Assembly: GCA_965232515.1 (NCBI GenBank) | Contig: CBDDPY010000002.1 | Location: 6,592,001-6,656,000, forward strand | From: Alphaproteobacteria bacterium | GTDB taxonomy: Bacteria; Pseudomonadota; Alphaproteobacteria; GCA-2731375 | Direction: 5' to 3' | DNA length: 64,000 nucleotides | Shown here: positions 18,818-28,099 of the stretch, piece by piece | Layout of the letters: each line of letters opens with the position of its first letter | Position numbering within the stretch: the stretch's first letter is position 1 | Notes under the pieces: generated by a model | Told to the model about the DNA's origin: nothing | The model's database searches: none | The model's input: the letters and a program-made list of their open reading frames with translations, nothing else | Made by a program: the position numbers and the translations under genes

Positions 18818-19699
18818 ATGAAGGAATTCGAAGTCAGGCCCGATCCCGACGACCCGCGTCTGTCGGAACGCGTGTCGGGCGTCGACCATGCCGGCAAGCC
18901 GGTCGACGTCTCGGTCGTGGTCGAGCGCCCGTTGACGCTGTTCCTGAACGGCCAGGAGATCGTCACTATGATGACGATCGGCGACTACCCGGACTATCTC
19001 GCCGTCGGCTATCTCCTGAACCAGAACATGCTGCGGCCCGACGACGCGATCGTCGGCATCGACCATGACGATGAACTCGACGTCGTTGTCGTGCGTACCG
19101 AGCGCGAGACCGACTACGAGGAAAAGCTGAAGAAGAAGACGCTGACCTCGGGCTGCGCCCAGGGCACGGTGTTCGGCGACGTCATGGAGAAGTTCGAGAG
19201 CACGGAACTGCCGACCGACGCCGTGCTGAAGACCTCCTGGCTCTACGCGCTCACCAAAAAGATCAACACCAGCCCCAGCCTCTATCTCGCCGCCGGCGCC
19301 ATCCATGGCTGCGTGCTCTGCGAGGCCGACCGGCCGTTGGTCTACATGGAGGACGTCGGCCGCCACAACGCCATCGACAAGATCGCCGGCTGGATGTTCC
19401 TAAACGGCGTTGGCCCCGCCGACAAGATCTTCTACACGACCGGCCGGCTGACCTCCGAGATGGTCATCAAAACCGTGCAGATGTCCTTGCCGATCCTGAT
19501 TTCCCGCTCCGGCTTCACCGCCTGGGGCGTCGAGCTCGCCCGCCAGGCCGGCCTGACCCTCATCGGCCGTGCCAAGGGCAAGCGCTTCTACTGCCTCTCG
19601 GGCGAGCAGCGCCTGGTCTACGACGCCGACCCCGACGCCGTGCCGGAGGAAAGCAAACGCCTCGCCCGCAAGGCCAGCGTGGCGGATGACGCGGCGTAA
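18818..19699 (+). CDS. fdhD: Formate dehydrogenase accessory sulfurtransferase FdhD
   Basis: VERPLT, GAIHGC, EDVGRHNAIDK, TGRLTSEMVIK. Confidence 0.92.
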   Translation: MKEFEVRPDPDDPRLSERVSGVDHAGKPVDVSVVVERPLTLFLNGQEIVTMMTIGDYPDYLAVGYLLNQNMLRPDDAIVGIDHDDELDVVVVRTERETDYEEKLKKKTLTSGCAQGTVFGDVMEKFESTELPTDAVLKTSWLYALTKKINTSPSLYLAAGAIHGCVLCEADRPLVYMEDVGRHNAIDKIAGWMFLNGVGPADKIFYTTGRLTSEMVIKTVQMSLPILISRSGFTAWGVELARQAGLTLIGRAKGKRFYCLSGEQRLVYDADPDAVPEESKRLARKASVADDAA

Positions 19700-19737
19700 G
19701 CCTCTGAAGAATGTACGTCAGTCAACGTCAGCGAGCT

Positions 19738-19832
19738 CTCACCCAACCCTCTCCCGCAAGCGGGAGAGGGCTATTACGGGCGGCGCAGCAGCGCTCTCCC
19801 CTCTCCCGCTTGCGGGAGGGGGATAGGGTGAG
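19738..19832. repeat. REP-like inverted pair (CCCTCTCCCGCAAGCGGGAGAGGG family)
   Basis: Two inverted hairpin units at 19738-19770 and 19798-19832. Confidence 0.8.
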
Positions 19833-19895
19833 GGAAACTGGATTGGACGCCAGCACCTGGTCGTCCAGAACCCACCTCATCCCACATCTCCCCAC

Positions 19896-20510
19896 ATGCC
19901 CCCCACCACCGGCGTGATCGGCATCCTCCTCGCCGGCGGGCAGGCCCGGCGCATGGGCGGCGGCGACAAATGCCTGCGCCAGCTCGCCGGCCGCACGCTT
20001 TTGGCCCGCATCATCGAGCGCGCCCGGCCGCAGGTCGACGCGCTGGTCCTGAACGCCAACGGCGACCCCGCCCGCTTCGCCGCCTACGGCCTGCCGGTCG
20101 CCCCTGACGTTATCGCAGGCTTCGCCGGTCCGCTCGCCGGCGTGCTGACCGGCATGGACTGGGCCGCCGAAAACGCAGCGCAAGCGCGTTGGATTGCCAC
20201 GTTCCCCACCGACGCCCCGTTCCTGCCGGAAGACATGGTCGCGCGCCTGCTCGCGGCCGTCGCCGACGATGCCGCCGACCTCGCCTGCGCCGCGTCCGCC
20301 GGCCGCGCGCATCCCGTCGCCGGTCTCTGGCCGGTGGCGTTGCGTACCGACCTGCGCCGCGCCATGCAAGACGAGGACATGCGCAAGATCGACGCCTGGA
20401 CCGCACGCTACCGTCTCGCCCAGGTCGATTGGCCCGCCGAACCCGTCGACCCCTTCTTCAACGCCAACCGGCCGGAAGACCTTGCCGAGGCCGAACGTCT
20501 GCTAGGCTAG
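19896..20510 (+). CDS. mobA: Molybdenum cofactor guanylyltransferase MobA
   Basis: [37 protein letters not shown]. Confidence 0.92.
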   Translation: MPPTTGVIGILLAGGQARRMGGGDKCLRQLAGRTLLARIIERARPQVDALVLNANGDPARFAAYGLPVAPDVIAGFAGPLAGVLTGMDWAAENAAQARWIATFPTDAPFLPEDMVARLLAAVADDAADLACAASAGRAHPVAGLWPVALRTDLRRAMQDEDMRKIDAWTARYRLAQVDWPAEPVDPFFNANRPEDLAEAERLLG

Positions 20511-20540
20511 GCGACGCGACAACGTAGCGGGGAGCCGGTC

Positions 20541-21323
20541 ATGTATCGCGAGAACCATCTGAAGGCCAAGCTGACGCGGGGCGAGAAGGGGATCGGCTGC
20601 TGGCTGCTCTCGAGCGATGCGGTCGTCGCCGAGGTGCTGTCGCAGGCCGGTTTCGATGCCTTCATCATCTGCCACGAGCATGCCTGGGGCGATGCCGGCA
20701 CGCTGCTGACGCAGCTCCACGGCGCTCAGGCGAGCCCGACCACCTGCCTCGTGCGCGTGCCGTCGAACGACAAGGTCTACATCAAGCGCGTGCTCGATGT
20801 GGGCGTCGAGGGCATCGTCATTCCGACCGTCGAGACGGCCGACGAGGCGCGCGCCGCCGTCGCCGCCTGCCGCTATCCACCCGAGGGTGCGCGTGGCGTC
20901 GGCTATCCGTTTTCGCGCGCCGCCGACTACGGCCTGCGCGAAAAACAATATCCGCTGGAAGCGCACGAGCAGATCATGGTGATCCCGATCATCGAGTCGT
21001 TGCCGGGATTCGAGAACCTGGCCGAAATCGTCGCCGTGTCGGGCGTCGACATGGTGATCCTCGGCCCCGGCGATCTCGGCGCCAGCCTCGGCCGCTACGA
21101 TTTCTGGGAGGATCCGGAAATCCTGCGCGTGATCGCCGAGGGCGAAAAGATCGTGCGCGATTCCGACTGCTGGATGGCCGGCGTCGCCCGCAACGCCGCC
21201 GGCGCGGCCGAGCTGTTCGAACGCGGCTACGACTTCTGCACCAGCGCAATCGACGTCTGGCTGCTGCGCGACGGCGCCAAGGCGGCGATCGAACCGCTAC
21301 GCGGCGGGGAGGCGAAGCGATGA
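20541..21323 (+). CDS. HpcH/HpaI aldolase family protein
   Basis: EH motif, VRVP, KRVLDVG, RYPPEGARG, IIES, GPGDL. Confidence 0.85.
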   Translation: MYRENHLKAKLTRGEKGIGCWLLSSDAVVAEVLSQAGFDAFIICHEHAWGDAGTLLTQLHGAQASPTTCLVRVPSNDKVYIKRVLDVGVEGIVIPTVETADEARAAVAACRYPPEGARGVGYPFSRAADYGLREKQYPLEAHEQIMVIPIIESLPGFENLAEIVAVSGVDMVILGPGDLGASLGRYDFWEDPEILRVIAEGEKIVRDSDCWMAGVARNAAGAAELFERGYDFCTSAIDVWLLRDGAKAAIEPLRGGEAKR

Positions 21324-22021
21324 CCGACCGCGTCGCGCTCGTCGCCGGCGTTGGCCGCGGCACCGGCGGCGCCGTCGCCCGGCGCTTCGCCGCCGGCGGT
21401 TACCGGGTCGCGCTCGTCGCCCGCTCCGAGGCCCGGCTGAAGGAGTTCGAGGCCGAGCTGCCGGGCAGCCTGGCGCTGCCCTGCGACATCACCGACCCGG
21501 CTGATCTCGACGCCATGCTGGCCTGCTGCCGGGCCGAGCTCGGCGAACCTGACGTGGTGATCCACAACGCCGCGCGCGGTTCATGGGGCAGCTTCCTCGA
21601 CATCGATCCGGCCGATATCGAGCAGAATTTCCAGGTCAACACCATGAGCCTCCTGCATCTCGCCCGCGCCGTGGCGCCCGCGATGATCGACCGGGGCGAG
21701 GGCGCCATCATCGTCACCGGCAACACGTCGGCCTGGCGCGGCAAGCCGGATTTTTCCGGCTTCGCGCCGACCAAGGCGGCCCAGCGCATCCTGGCCGAAG
21801 CCATGGCCCGCGAGCTCGGACCACAAGGCATCCATGTCGCCTACGTGGTGATCGACGCCATCATCGACCTGCGCTGGACCCGCCGCCGGAATCCGGACCT
21901 GCCCGACGAGCGCTACGCCAAACCGGACGACATCGCCGAAACCGTCTACCAGACCGCCCACCAGCCCCGCAGCGCCTGGTCCTTCAACGTCGAGCTCCGC
22001 CCCTTTACCGAACCCTGGTAA
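21320..22021 (+). CDS. Short-chain dehydrogenase/reductase
   Basis: VAGVGRGTG, HNAA, FAPTKAAQR, ELRPFTEPW. Confidence 0.85.
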   Translation: MTDRVALVAGVGRGTGGAVARRFAAGGYRVALVARSEARLKEFEAELPGSLALPCDITDPADLDAMLACCRAELGEPDVVIHNAARGSWGSFLDIDPADIEQNFQVNTMSLLHLARAVAPAMIDRGEGAIIVTGNTSAWRGKPDFSGFAPTKAAQRILAEAMARELGPQGIHVAYVVIDAIIDLRWTRRRNPDLPDERYAKPDDIAETVYQTAHQPRSAWSFNVELRPFTEPW

Positions 22022-22129
22022 TTCCGGTGACAGTAACCGTAATTCACGTCGCGGAGATGAAGCAGTTCCGGTGACAGTAAACATAACTTGTTCGCCGCAA
22101 TCATAATTAAGGTTACTGTCCCCGGAATT
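22020..22129. repeat. Cluster of three 25-nt repeats (two direct, one inverted)
   Basis: AATTCCGGTGACAGTAACCGTAATT (22020-22044), AGTTCCGGTGACAGTAAACATAACT (22064-22088), inverted AATTCCGGGGACAGTAACCTTAATT (22105-22129). Confidence 0.8.
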
Positions 22130-22254
22130 ATTCAGGCCGCGACTGCGGTCCGCCGGTCGTCCGGCCCGTCCTCCGTAGCAGCGCTGCCGCTGCGAAGGGT
22201 GGACGCGCCCGCGCAGGCGCGGGCCGTCAGGCCCGCTACCGTGAGTGCAGATAT

Positions 22255-23202
22255 CTAACCTTTGACGGCGCCGGCGGCGAGGCCCTGGACGACGAACTTC
22301 TGCAACAGCAGCACCAGCACCACGGTCGGCAGCAGGGCCAGCAGCGCCAATGCCATCATCACGTTGAACAGGATGTTGGTGTCGCTGATCAGGCTCGACA
22401 GCACCATCGGCAGAGTCATGAATTCCAGCTTCGAGTTCAGCACCAGCGGGATCAGCAGCTCGTGCCAGGAGACGATGAAGACGATGACGCCGCAGGCGGC
22501 CAGGCCCGGCGTCGACAGTGGCAGCACGATGCGCAGGAAGGCGCCGAAGCGGGTGCAGCCGTCGACCCGCGCCGCGTCCTCGAGCTCCGGCGGCAGGCTC
22601 TGGAAGTAGGGCGCCAGGATCAGGATCGCATAAGGCAGCAGGAACCCGGTCTCGGCGATGATCACGCCCGTCAGCGAGTTCAGCAGGCCGGTCGCCCGGC
22701 CGAGCACGAACAGCGGGATCATCAGCACGATGATCGGCACGAAGCGCGCCAGCAGGTTCGCCTGCAGGAACCATACGGTCCAGCGGTAGCGCAGCCGCGC
22801 GATGGTATAGGCCGACAACGTGCCGAAGCCGAGCGTCAGCACGGTCACCGAAACGGCGATGATCGTGCTGTTGGCGAAGGCGCTGTAGAAGGCGCGGATA
22901 TTGTCCGGCATGTAGGTCGCGGTGATGCCGATATCGGCGTTTTCGCGATGCTCGCCCCGGGTCAGGATCAGCAGGAAATTGTCAAACGTCACCGCGGGCG
23001 GCACCACGGCGTGGATGTCGGCGTGCAGGGTCTTCTCCGACATCAGCGAGCCCTGCACCACCGCCAGCACCGGGAACAGGATGAACAGGATCGCGAGCAC
23101 GTTCGCGGCATAGAGCGCGAACCGCTCCCACGGCGGCCGCTTCGGCCCCGACGACCAGCGCCGCGCCCAACCGTTCGTCCCGCCGTTGTCGCGCGCCGCC
23201 AT
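22255..23202 (-). CDS. CUT1 (carbohydrate-type) ABC permease, MalG-like
   Basis: ELEDAARVDGC EAA loop; ends GLAAGAVKG. Confidence 0.88.
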   Translation of the reverse strand: MAARDNGGTNGWARRWSSGPKRPPWERFALYAANVLAILFILFPVLAVVQGSLMSEKTLHADIHAVVPPAVTFDNFLLILTRGEHRENADIGITATYMPDNIRAFYSAFANSTIIAVSVTVLTLGFGTLSAYTIARLRYRWTVWFLQANLLARFVPIIVLMIPLFVLGRATGLLNSLTGVIIAETGFLLPYAILILAPYFQSLPPELEDAARVDGCTRFGAFLRIVLPLSTPGLAACGVIVFIVSWHELLIPLVLNSKLEFMTLPMVLSSLISDTNILFNVMMALALLALLPTVVLVLLLQKFVVQGLAAGAVKG

Positions 23203-23204
23203 GC

Positions 23205-24191
23205 CTAGTCCGTCCGCTTGTAAAGGAACTTGATGTAGAGGATCGCCAGCACCGCGATCAGCACGGCCAGCACATAGGCCGACGCCGCGCCCATGCCGAT
23301 ATTGAACGGTGGCGCGAACGATTTCTTGTAGCTGAACCAGGACGCGACCCAGGTGGCGTCGCCCGGCCCCCCTTGTGTGATCGCCAGCACCTCGTCGAAG
23401 ACCAGGAACGCGAACGACGTTCGCAAGATCACCACGACGGCGATGATCGGCCGCATCAGCGGCAGGGTGATGTGCCAGAACCGGTACCAGGCATTGGCGC
23501 CGTCGACCTTGGCGGCCTCGAACAGTTCCTGCGGCAGGCCCTGCAGGGCGGCGTGGAACAGCAGGATCGCGAACGGCAGCGTGCGCCAGATATAGGGCAC
23601 GGTCAGCGAATAGAGCGCCGTCTCCGGCACGCCGGTCCAGTCGATGTTCTGCTCGATCAGGCCGAGCTGGAACAGCACCCGGTTCAGGAACCCCAGCTTG
23701 AAGTTGTAGATGTAAACCCAGATCAGGCCGTTGGCGATCGGCGGAATGGCATAGGGCAGCAGGATCAAGAACCGCGTTACCCGCGACAGCACGATGCCCT
23801 GCTGGTTGATCAGCAGCGCGATCGCCAGGCCCAGGATGACCTCGACCGTCACCACGATGACGGTGAAGACGAACGTGTTCTGCAGCGACAGCAGGAACAG
23901 CCCGTCCTCGAACAGTCGGGAATAGTTCTCCAGGCCATAGAACGGAAACGGAAAGCCGCGCCGCAACTCGCCGATGCGCACCCGCGACACCGACAGGTAG
24001 GCGGCGTAGCAGAGCGGGAACAGCAACACCGTGGCGAAGATCAGCAGCGACGGCAGGTTCATGACGAACGCCAGCCGCCCCGCCGTCAGCTCGCCGCCCC
24101 ACCACCGCCGCCGCGCCGACGCGGCCTCGGTGGCGGGCAGGGCGTTCACCCGGCTCACGACGGCCTGGATGGCCGGGTCGAGCCCGGCCAT
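23205..24191 (-). CDS. CUT1 ABC permease, MalF-like (start uncertain, overlaps a REP)
   Basis: GLENY, ELFEAAKVDGANAW, TQGGPG. Confidence 0.85.
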   Translation of the reverse strand: MAGLDPAIQAVVSRVNALPATEAASARRRWWGGELTAGRLAFVMNLPSLLIFATVLLFPLCYAAYLSVSRVRIGELRRGFPFPFYGLENYSRLFEDGLFLLSLQNTFVFTVIVVTVEVILGLAIALLINQQGIVLSRVTRFLILLPYAIPPIANGLIWVYIYNFKLGFLNRVLFQLGLIEQNIDWTGVPETALYSLTVPYIWRTLPFAILLFHAALQGLPQELFEAAKVDGANAWYRFWHITLPLMRPIIAVVVILRTSFAFLVFDEVLAITQGGPGDATWVASWFSYKKSFAPPFNIGMGAASAYVLAVLIAVLAILYIKFLYKRTD

Positions 24192-24252
24192 GACGATGCT
24201 GATGGTGTCGTCACCACAAAGTCGTCATCACCGGGCTCGACCCGGTGATCCA
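24166..24252. repeat. REP-like inverted pair (GTCATGGCCGGGCTCGACCCGGCCATCCA family)
   Basis: 24166-24194 and 24224-24252 are inverted copies. Confidence 0.8.
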
Positions 24253-24274
24253 GCACACCTCCAACCACAACCGA

Positions 24275-25633
24275 TCACAACGACCGCTTCGCCGTCTTGA
24301 TCCCGGCGATGATGGCGTCGACTGCCTCGTCCGGCGACTTCTGCCCGGTCAGCGACTTCTGCAGCTCGATGTTGATGATGTCGTTCCACGGCGTGTGCCA
24401 GGGCTCGACCATCGAGGTCACCACATCGCCCAGGAACGTCGCCTTCTCCCAGGCGCCGAGGATCGTCGGCACGTCACCCCATTTCGACCAGGTCGCCGAC
24501 AGCTCGTCGCTGTCCATCACCGACTGATAGCCGCTGCCCAGCATGGCGTCGCGGGCCAGCAGCTTGGCCTGGGTGTATTCGCCGTCCTTGGTCCGGCCGC
24601 CCAGATACTGCATCAACTTCCAGGCCCATTCCTTGTCGCCATAGGCCGTGCTCATGAAATAGATGCCGCCGTTGGCGATGGTGCGGCCGTCGCCCGGCAT
24701 CGGATGCACCTTCACCTTGCCGGCGATCGGCGACTGGCTCGGATCGTTGATCAGGTTCAGGCCGTAATGGTGGTTCGGGCCGCGGTACAGGTTCTTGCCG
24801 GCCATGAAGGCCTTTGACGAGCTGGTGAACTGCACCTTCAACGATTCCGGATCGGCGATGTCGAGCTTGGTGAAGGTGTCGGTCCACCATTTCAGGGTCT
24901 CGCGCGCCACCGAGCCCGGACCGAGCTGGTGGTTGCCCTGCTTGTCGAAGAAATCGCCGCCCTGGTTCCAGGTCATGCTGTACCAGGTGCCGGGCAGCTG
25001 CTCCGGCCCGACGCCCGCGACCCACAGGATCGGGTATTCGGAGACGCCGTCCTTTTTGGCCTTCACCGCCTGCTCGATCAGCTCCTCGTAGGACTCGAAC
25101 GGCTTGTCGATGCCGGCCTTCTCCAGCATGTCCTCGTAGTAGTTCCAGACCCAGACGGTGGAGAAATAGGGCAGGGCCCAGACGCTGCCGTCGAACGTGG
25201 AAATCTGCTTCTGGGCGCTCGTGAAGTCGTCGACATAGGCCTCCAGGCCCGGCAGGCCGTCGAGCGGCTCGACGATGCCCTGCTCGGCCCAGGTCCGCAG
25301 CTCGGCCGCGAAGCCCATGCCGACATCGACCTGCGCGCCGCCGGCGAACGTCGTCGTGAACTTCTGGAAGTACTCGTTGAAGCCCGAGAGGTTCTGGTTG
25401 AAGCTGACGCCCCAGTCGGCCTCGAACTGCTTCGAGATCTTGGCGTAGATCTCGCCGTACTGCCAGCCGACGAAACTCACTTCGTTGACCCGGCTCGACG
25501 GATTCTCGGCCCACGGCCCGGGCGGTCCGGCCTGCGCAACGCCCGGCAGCAGGCCCAGGCCCGCCAGCGCCGTCGCGCCCTTCAGCACGTCGCGGCGGGA
25601 TTTTCTTGTTAAAGCCGTCTTCGAAACCGACAT
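24275..25633 (-). CDS. Tat-exported ABC substrate-binding protein (SBP_bac_1/8 type)
   Basis: SRRDVLKGA twin-arginine signal; WALPYF, YYEDMLEKAG; co-oriented with permeases. Confidence 0.85.
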   Translation of the reverse strand: MSVSKTALTRKSRRDVLKGATALAGLGLLPGVAQAGPPGPWAENPSSRVNEVSFVGWQYGEIYAKISKQFEADWGVSFNQNLSGFNEYFQKFTTTFAGGAQVDVGMGFAAELRTWAEQGIVEPLDGLPGLEAYVDDFTSAQKQISTFDGSVWALPYFSTVWVWNYYEDMLEKAGIDKPFESYEELIEQAVKAKKDGVSEYPILWVAGVGPEQLPGTWYSMTWNQGGDFFDKQGNHQLGPGSVARETLKWWTDTFTKLDIADPESLKVQFTSSSKAFMAGKNLYRGPNHHYGLNLINDPSQSPIAGKVKVHPMPGDGRTIANGGIYFMSTAYGDKEWAWKLMQYLGGRTKDGEYTQAKLLARDAMLGSGYQSVMDSDELSATWSKWGDVPTILGAWEKATFLGDVVTSMVEPWHTPWNDIINIELQKSLTGQKSPDEAVDAIIAGIKTAKRSL

Positions 25634-25834
25634 CGCAGGCGTCCTCCCCTATCAGGTGCTGGCGTGGCCTGCGTCGCTGATCTCTTACGGGTCAACGCGG
25701 CGGCAATCCGGCCACGAACCAGTCGATGAACGGCATGCCGCCGATCGACGCTTACGCAATGGACAAATCAGTCGTCTCTAATCCTACCCACTCGTTACCC
25801 GACGCGCCAACCATTGCCGGCCGCCGGTATGCCG

Positions 25835-27091
25835 TTAATGCATCAGCGTCCGGCCCTGGGCCGCGACCTTGCGGCCGCCAACCAGCACGTGGCGCATGTT
25901 GCCGGCAACCTCCAGGTTCTCGACAGAATTGACCACGTCGCCCTCGACAACGATCACGTCGGCGAGCTTGCCGGGCGCCAGGCTGCCAACCTGTTCCTCG
26001 ACCATCAGCAGCCGCGCCGTCTGCTGCGTCGCGATCTGGATCGCCTGCAGCGGCGTCAGCCCGCAGTTGACGAACTGTACGACCTCGCGCCCGGCCGAAC
26101 CGTGCGGCGTCAAGAGCGAGCCGGCATCCGTGCCGCAGGCGAGCGGCGCGCCGACGTCGAAGGCGTATTTGACATACTCGTGGTGCTGCGTCGTGCGCTG
26201 GCGCACGTTCTCGATCATGTAGTCGACCAGGCCGGCCTGCGCGCCGTGCTTCATGATCCGATCCATCACGGTCAGCGTGGGCACCAGATGCGTCTCGGTG
26301 CCGCGGGCGGCGTCGGCGCATTCCTCATCGAAATGCATGCCGTGCTCGACCGAGCGTACGCCGGCCTCGATGCAGCGCAGGATCGCCGTCTGGTTATGCG
26401 CATGCACGGCCACTGGTATACCCATCATCGTCGCCGTCTCGATCGCGGCGCCGAACTCGTCGGGCGCGAACTCCTCGGCGTCGATGCGGCCGTGCGGATC
26501 GACCACGCCGCCGGTCTGGAACACCTTGATCCAGTTGGCGCCGGCGCGCGCCTGCCGGCGGATCGCGCCGCGGATTGCGTCGACGCCGTCCACGACCTCG
26601 CTGATGTCGCCGTGCGATTGGCACAGCCAGCAGGGCATGATGTCGCCGTGGCCGCCCGTGGTAGTCAGGCCCTTGCCGCAGGGATGCACGCGCGGGCCGA
26701 CCATCTTGCCGGCGTTGATGGCGTCGCGGGCGGCGATGTCGAGATGCGCGAGATCGCTCACCGTGCGGATCGTCGTCACGCCGCCGGCCACTGTGTCGGC
26801 CAGGTTGCGCGACACCTCGAAGGCGACTTCGCCGACGGGCCGCGCTACCAGCTCCTGCACCAGGTCGCTCGGCGCCGACAGCGAGATATGCACATGCACG
26901 TCCATCAGGCCCGGCAGCACCGAGGCGCCGTCCGCCTCGATGATCTCGGCGTCCACCGGCACGCTGTGCGGGTCGAGCGGGCCGGCATAGATGATCGTGT
27001 CGTCCTCGATCAGCACCAGGCCGTTCGGCACCGGATCGGCGCCGGTGCCGTCGATCACCTGGCCGCCGACGATGGCCGTCTTGCCGGGCAT
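25835..27091 (-). CDS. Metal-dependent amidohydrolase (prolidase-like subgroup)
   Basis: PGLMDVHVH, WIK, AVHAH, SVEHG, GTDAG, GKLADVIVV. Confidence 0.88.
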   Translation of the reverse strand: MPGKTAIVGGQVIDGTGADPVPNGLVLIEDDTIIYAGPLDPHSVPVDAEIIEADGASVLPGLMDVHVHISLSAPSDLVQELVARPVGEVAFEVSRNLADTVAGGVTTIRTVSDLAHLDIAARDAINAGKMVGPRVHPCGKGLTTTGGHGDIMPCWLCQSHGDISEVVDGVDAIRGAIRRQARAGANWIKVFQTGGVVDPHGRIDAEEFAPDEFGAAIETATMMGIPVAVHAHNQTAILRCIEAGVRSVEHGMHFDEECADAARGTETHLVPTLTVMDRIMKHGAQAGLVDYMIENVRQRTTQHHEYVKYAFDVGAPLACGTDAGSLLTPHGSAGREVVQFVNCGLTPLQAIQIATQQTARLLMVEEQVGSLAPGKLADVIVVEGDVVNSVENLEVAGNMRHVLVGGRKVAAQGRTLMH

Positions 27092-27092
27092 G

Positions 27093-28073
27093 TCAGACCT
27101 CCCGCGGGTCGAGGCCGATATGGATCAGCGTCTCGCCGTTCGCCATCACCGGTCCCGGATGGATCGCCAGCACGACGCCGGCATGCGGGCTTTTCGCTTC
27201 GCCGTCCGGCGCGCCGTAGAGGTCGTAGTACTGGCCCAGCACGGTGCCTTCCTCGATCCGGTCGCCGCATTTCACCTGCCGCTGGAACAGACCACCCCGC
27301 GTCGACATCACCCAGGCGAAGTTCGAGAAGTAGGTCAGCGGGCCATGGTCGGTGACATCGCCTGGCAGCATGCCGAGATGCCGCATCACGTTGCGCAGCC
27401 GCTCGCTGCCGTCCAGGACCAGTTCCGGATCGAAGGCCGGCCCCTTGCCGCCGGCCTCGACGATATAGCCGGGGATGCCGTCGCGGGCCGCCGTCATCAT
27501 CGCCGAGCCGCCGAGAATATCCATCGGCGCCGGCAGCGTGCTGTTGAAGCCGAAGGCCCGGGCGATGCCCTCGGCCTTGTCGCCGACCGCGCCGTCGGCG
27601 TTGGCATAGAGCGCCCAGCGCACATCCGTCGTCATCGCCGTGTGGAAATCGATCAGATAGTCGGCATGCTGCTTCAGCTCCGAATAGATCGCGTGCGCCA
27701 TCTGCTCGGTCAGCGAGCCGTCCGGCTTGCCCGGGAAGCAGCGGTTCAGGTCGCCGCCGCCATAGCCCTCGAACGGGCTCATGCGCTGCTTCCGCCGGAA
27801 CGCCGTCAGGTTCAGGATCGGCAGTGCCACCACGGTGCCGGTCAGTTCGCCGGCGTCCAGGTTGCGGAACATCTCCTGAATGATGAAGGTGCCGCAATAC
27901 TCGTTGCCGTGCACGCAGCCGTGCAGCCACAGCGTCGGCCCATCTTTGGGGCCGCGGCCGATCAGCACCGGGATTTCCACCGGCCGTCCGTCGGGCAGGT
28001 CGCCGACTTTCAGGTGGCCCTTGGCGATACCGGCGGTCTTCGATACGGCCGTTCCAATCTTGATCTCTTGCAT
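27093..28073 (-). CDS. M14 succinylglutamate desuccinylase/aspartoacylase family deacylase, copy 1
   Basis: VHGNEYCG, DLNRCFPG, IDFHT, VEAGG, C-terminal biotinyl-like barrel. Confidence 0.85.
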   Translation of the reverse strand: MQEIKIGTAVSKTAGIAKGHLKVGDLPDGRPVEIPVLIGRGPKDGPTLWLHGCVHGNEYCGTFIIQEMFRNLDAGELTGTVVALPILNLTAFRRKQRMSPFEGYGGGDLNRCFPGKPDGSLTEQMAHAIYSELKQHADYLIDFHTAMTTDVRWALYANADGAVGDKAEGIARAFGFNSTLPAPMDILGGSAMMTAARDGIPGYIVEAGGKGPAFDPELVLDGSERLRNVMRHLGMLPGDVTDHGPLTYFSNFAWVMSTRGGLFQRQVKCGDRIEEGTVLGQYYDLYGAPDGEAKSPHAGVVLAIHPGPVMANGETLIHIGLDPREV

Positions 28074-28099
28074 GACTGTTCGTTCCTTCCTGGCCGGTA

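Noticed and set aside
22020-22129. Possible mini-CRISPR array
   Set aside because: Only two direct copies, the third is inverted, spacers are 19 and 16 nt, and no cas genes are present
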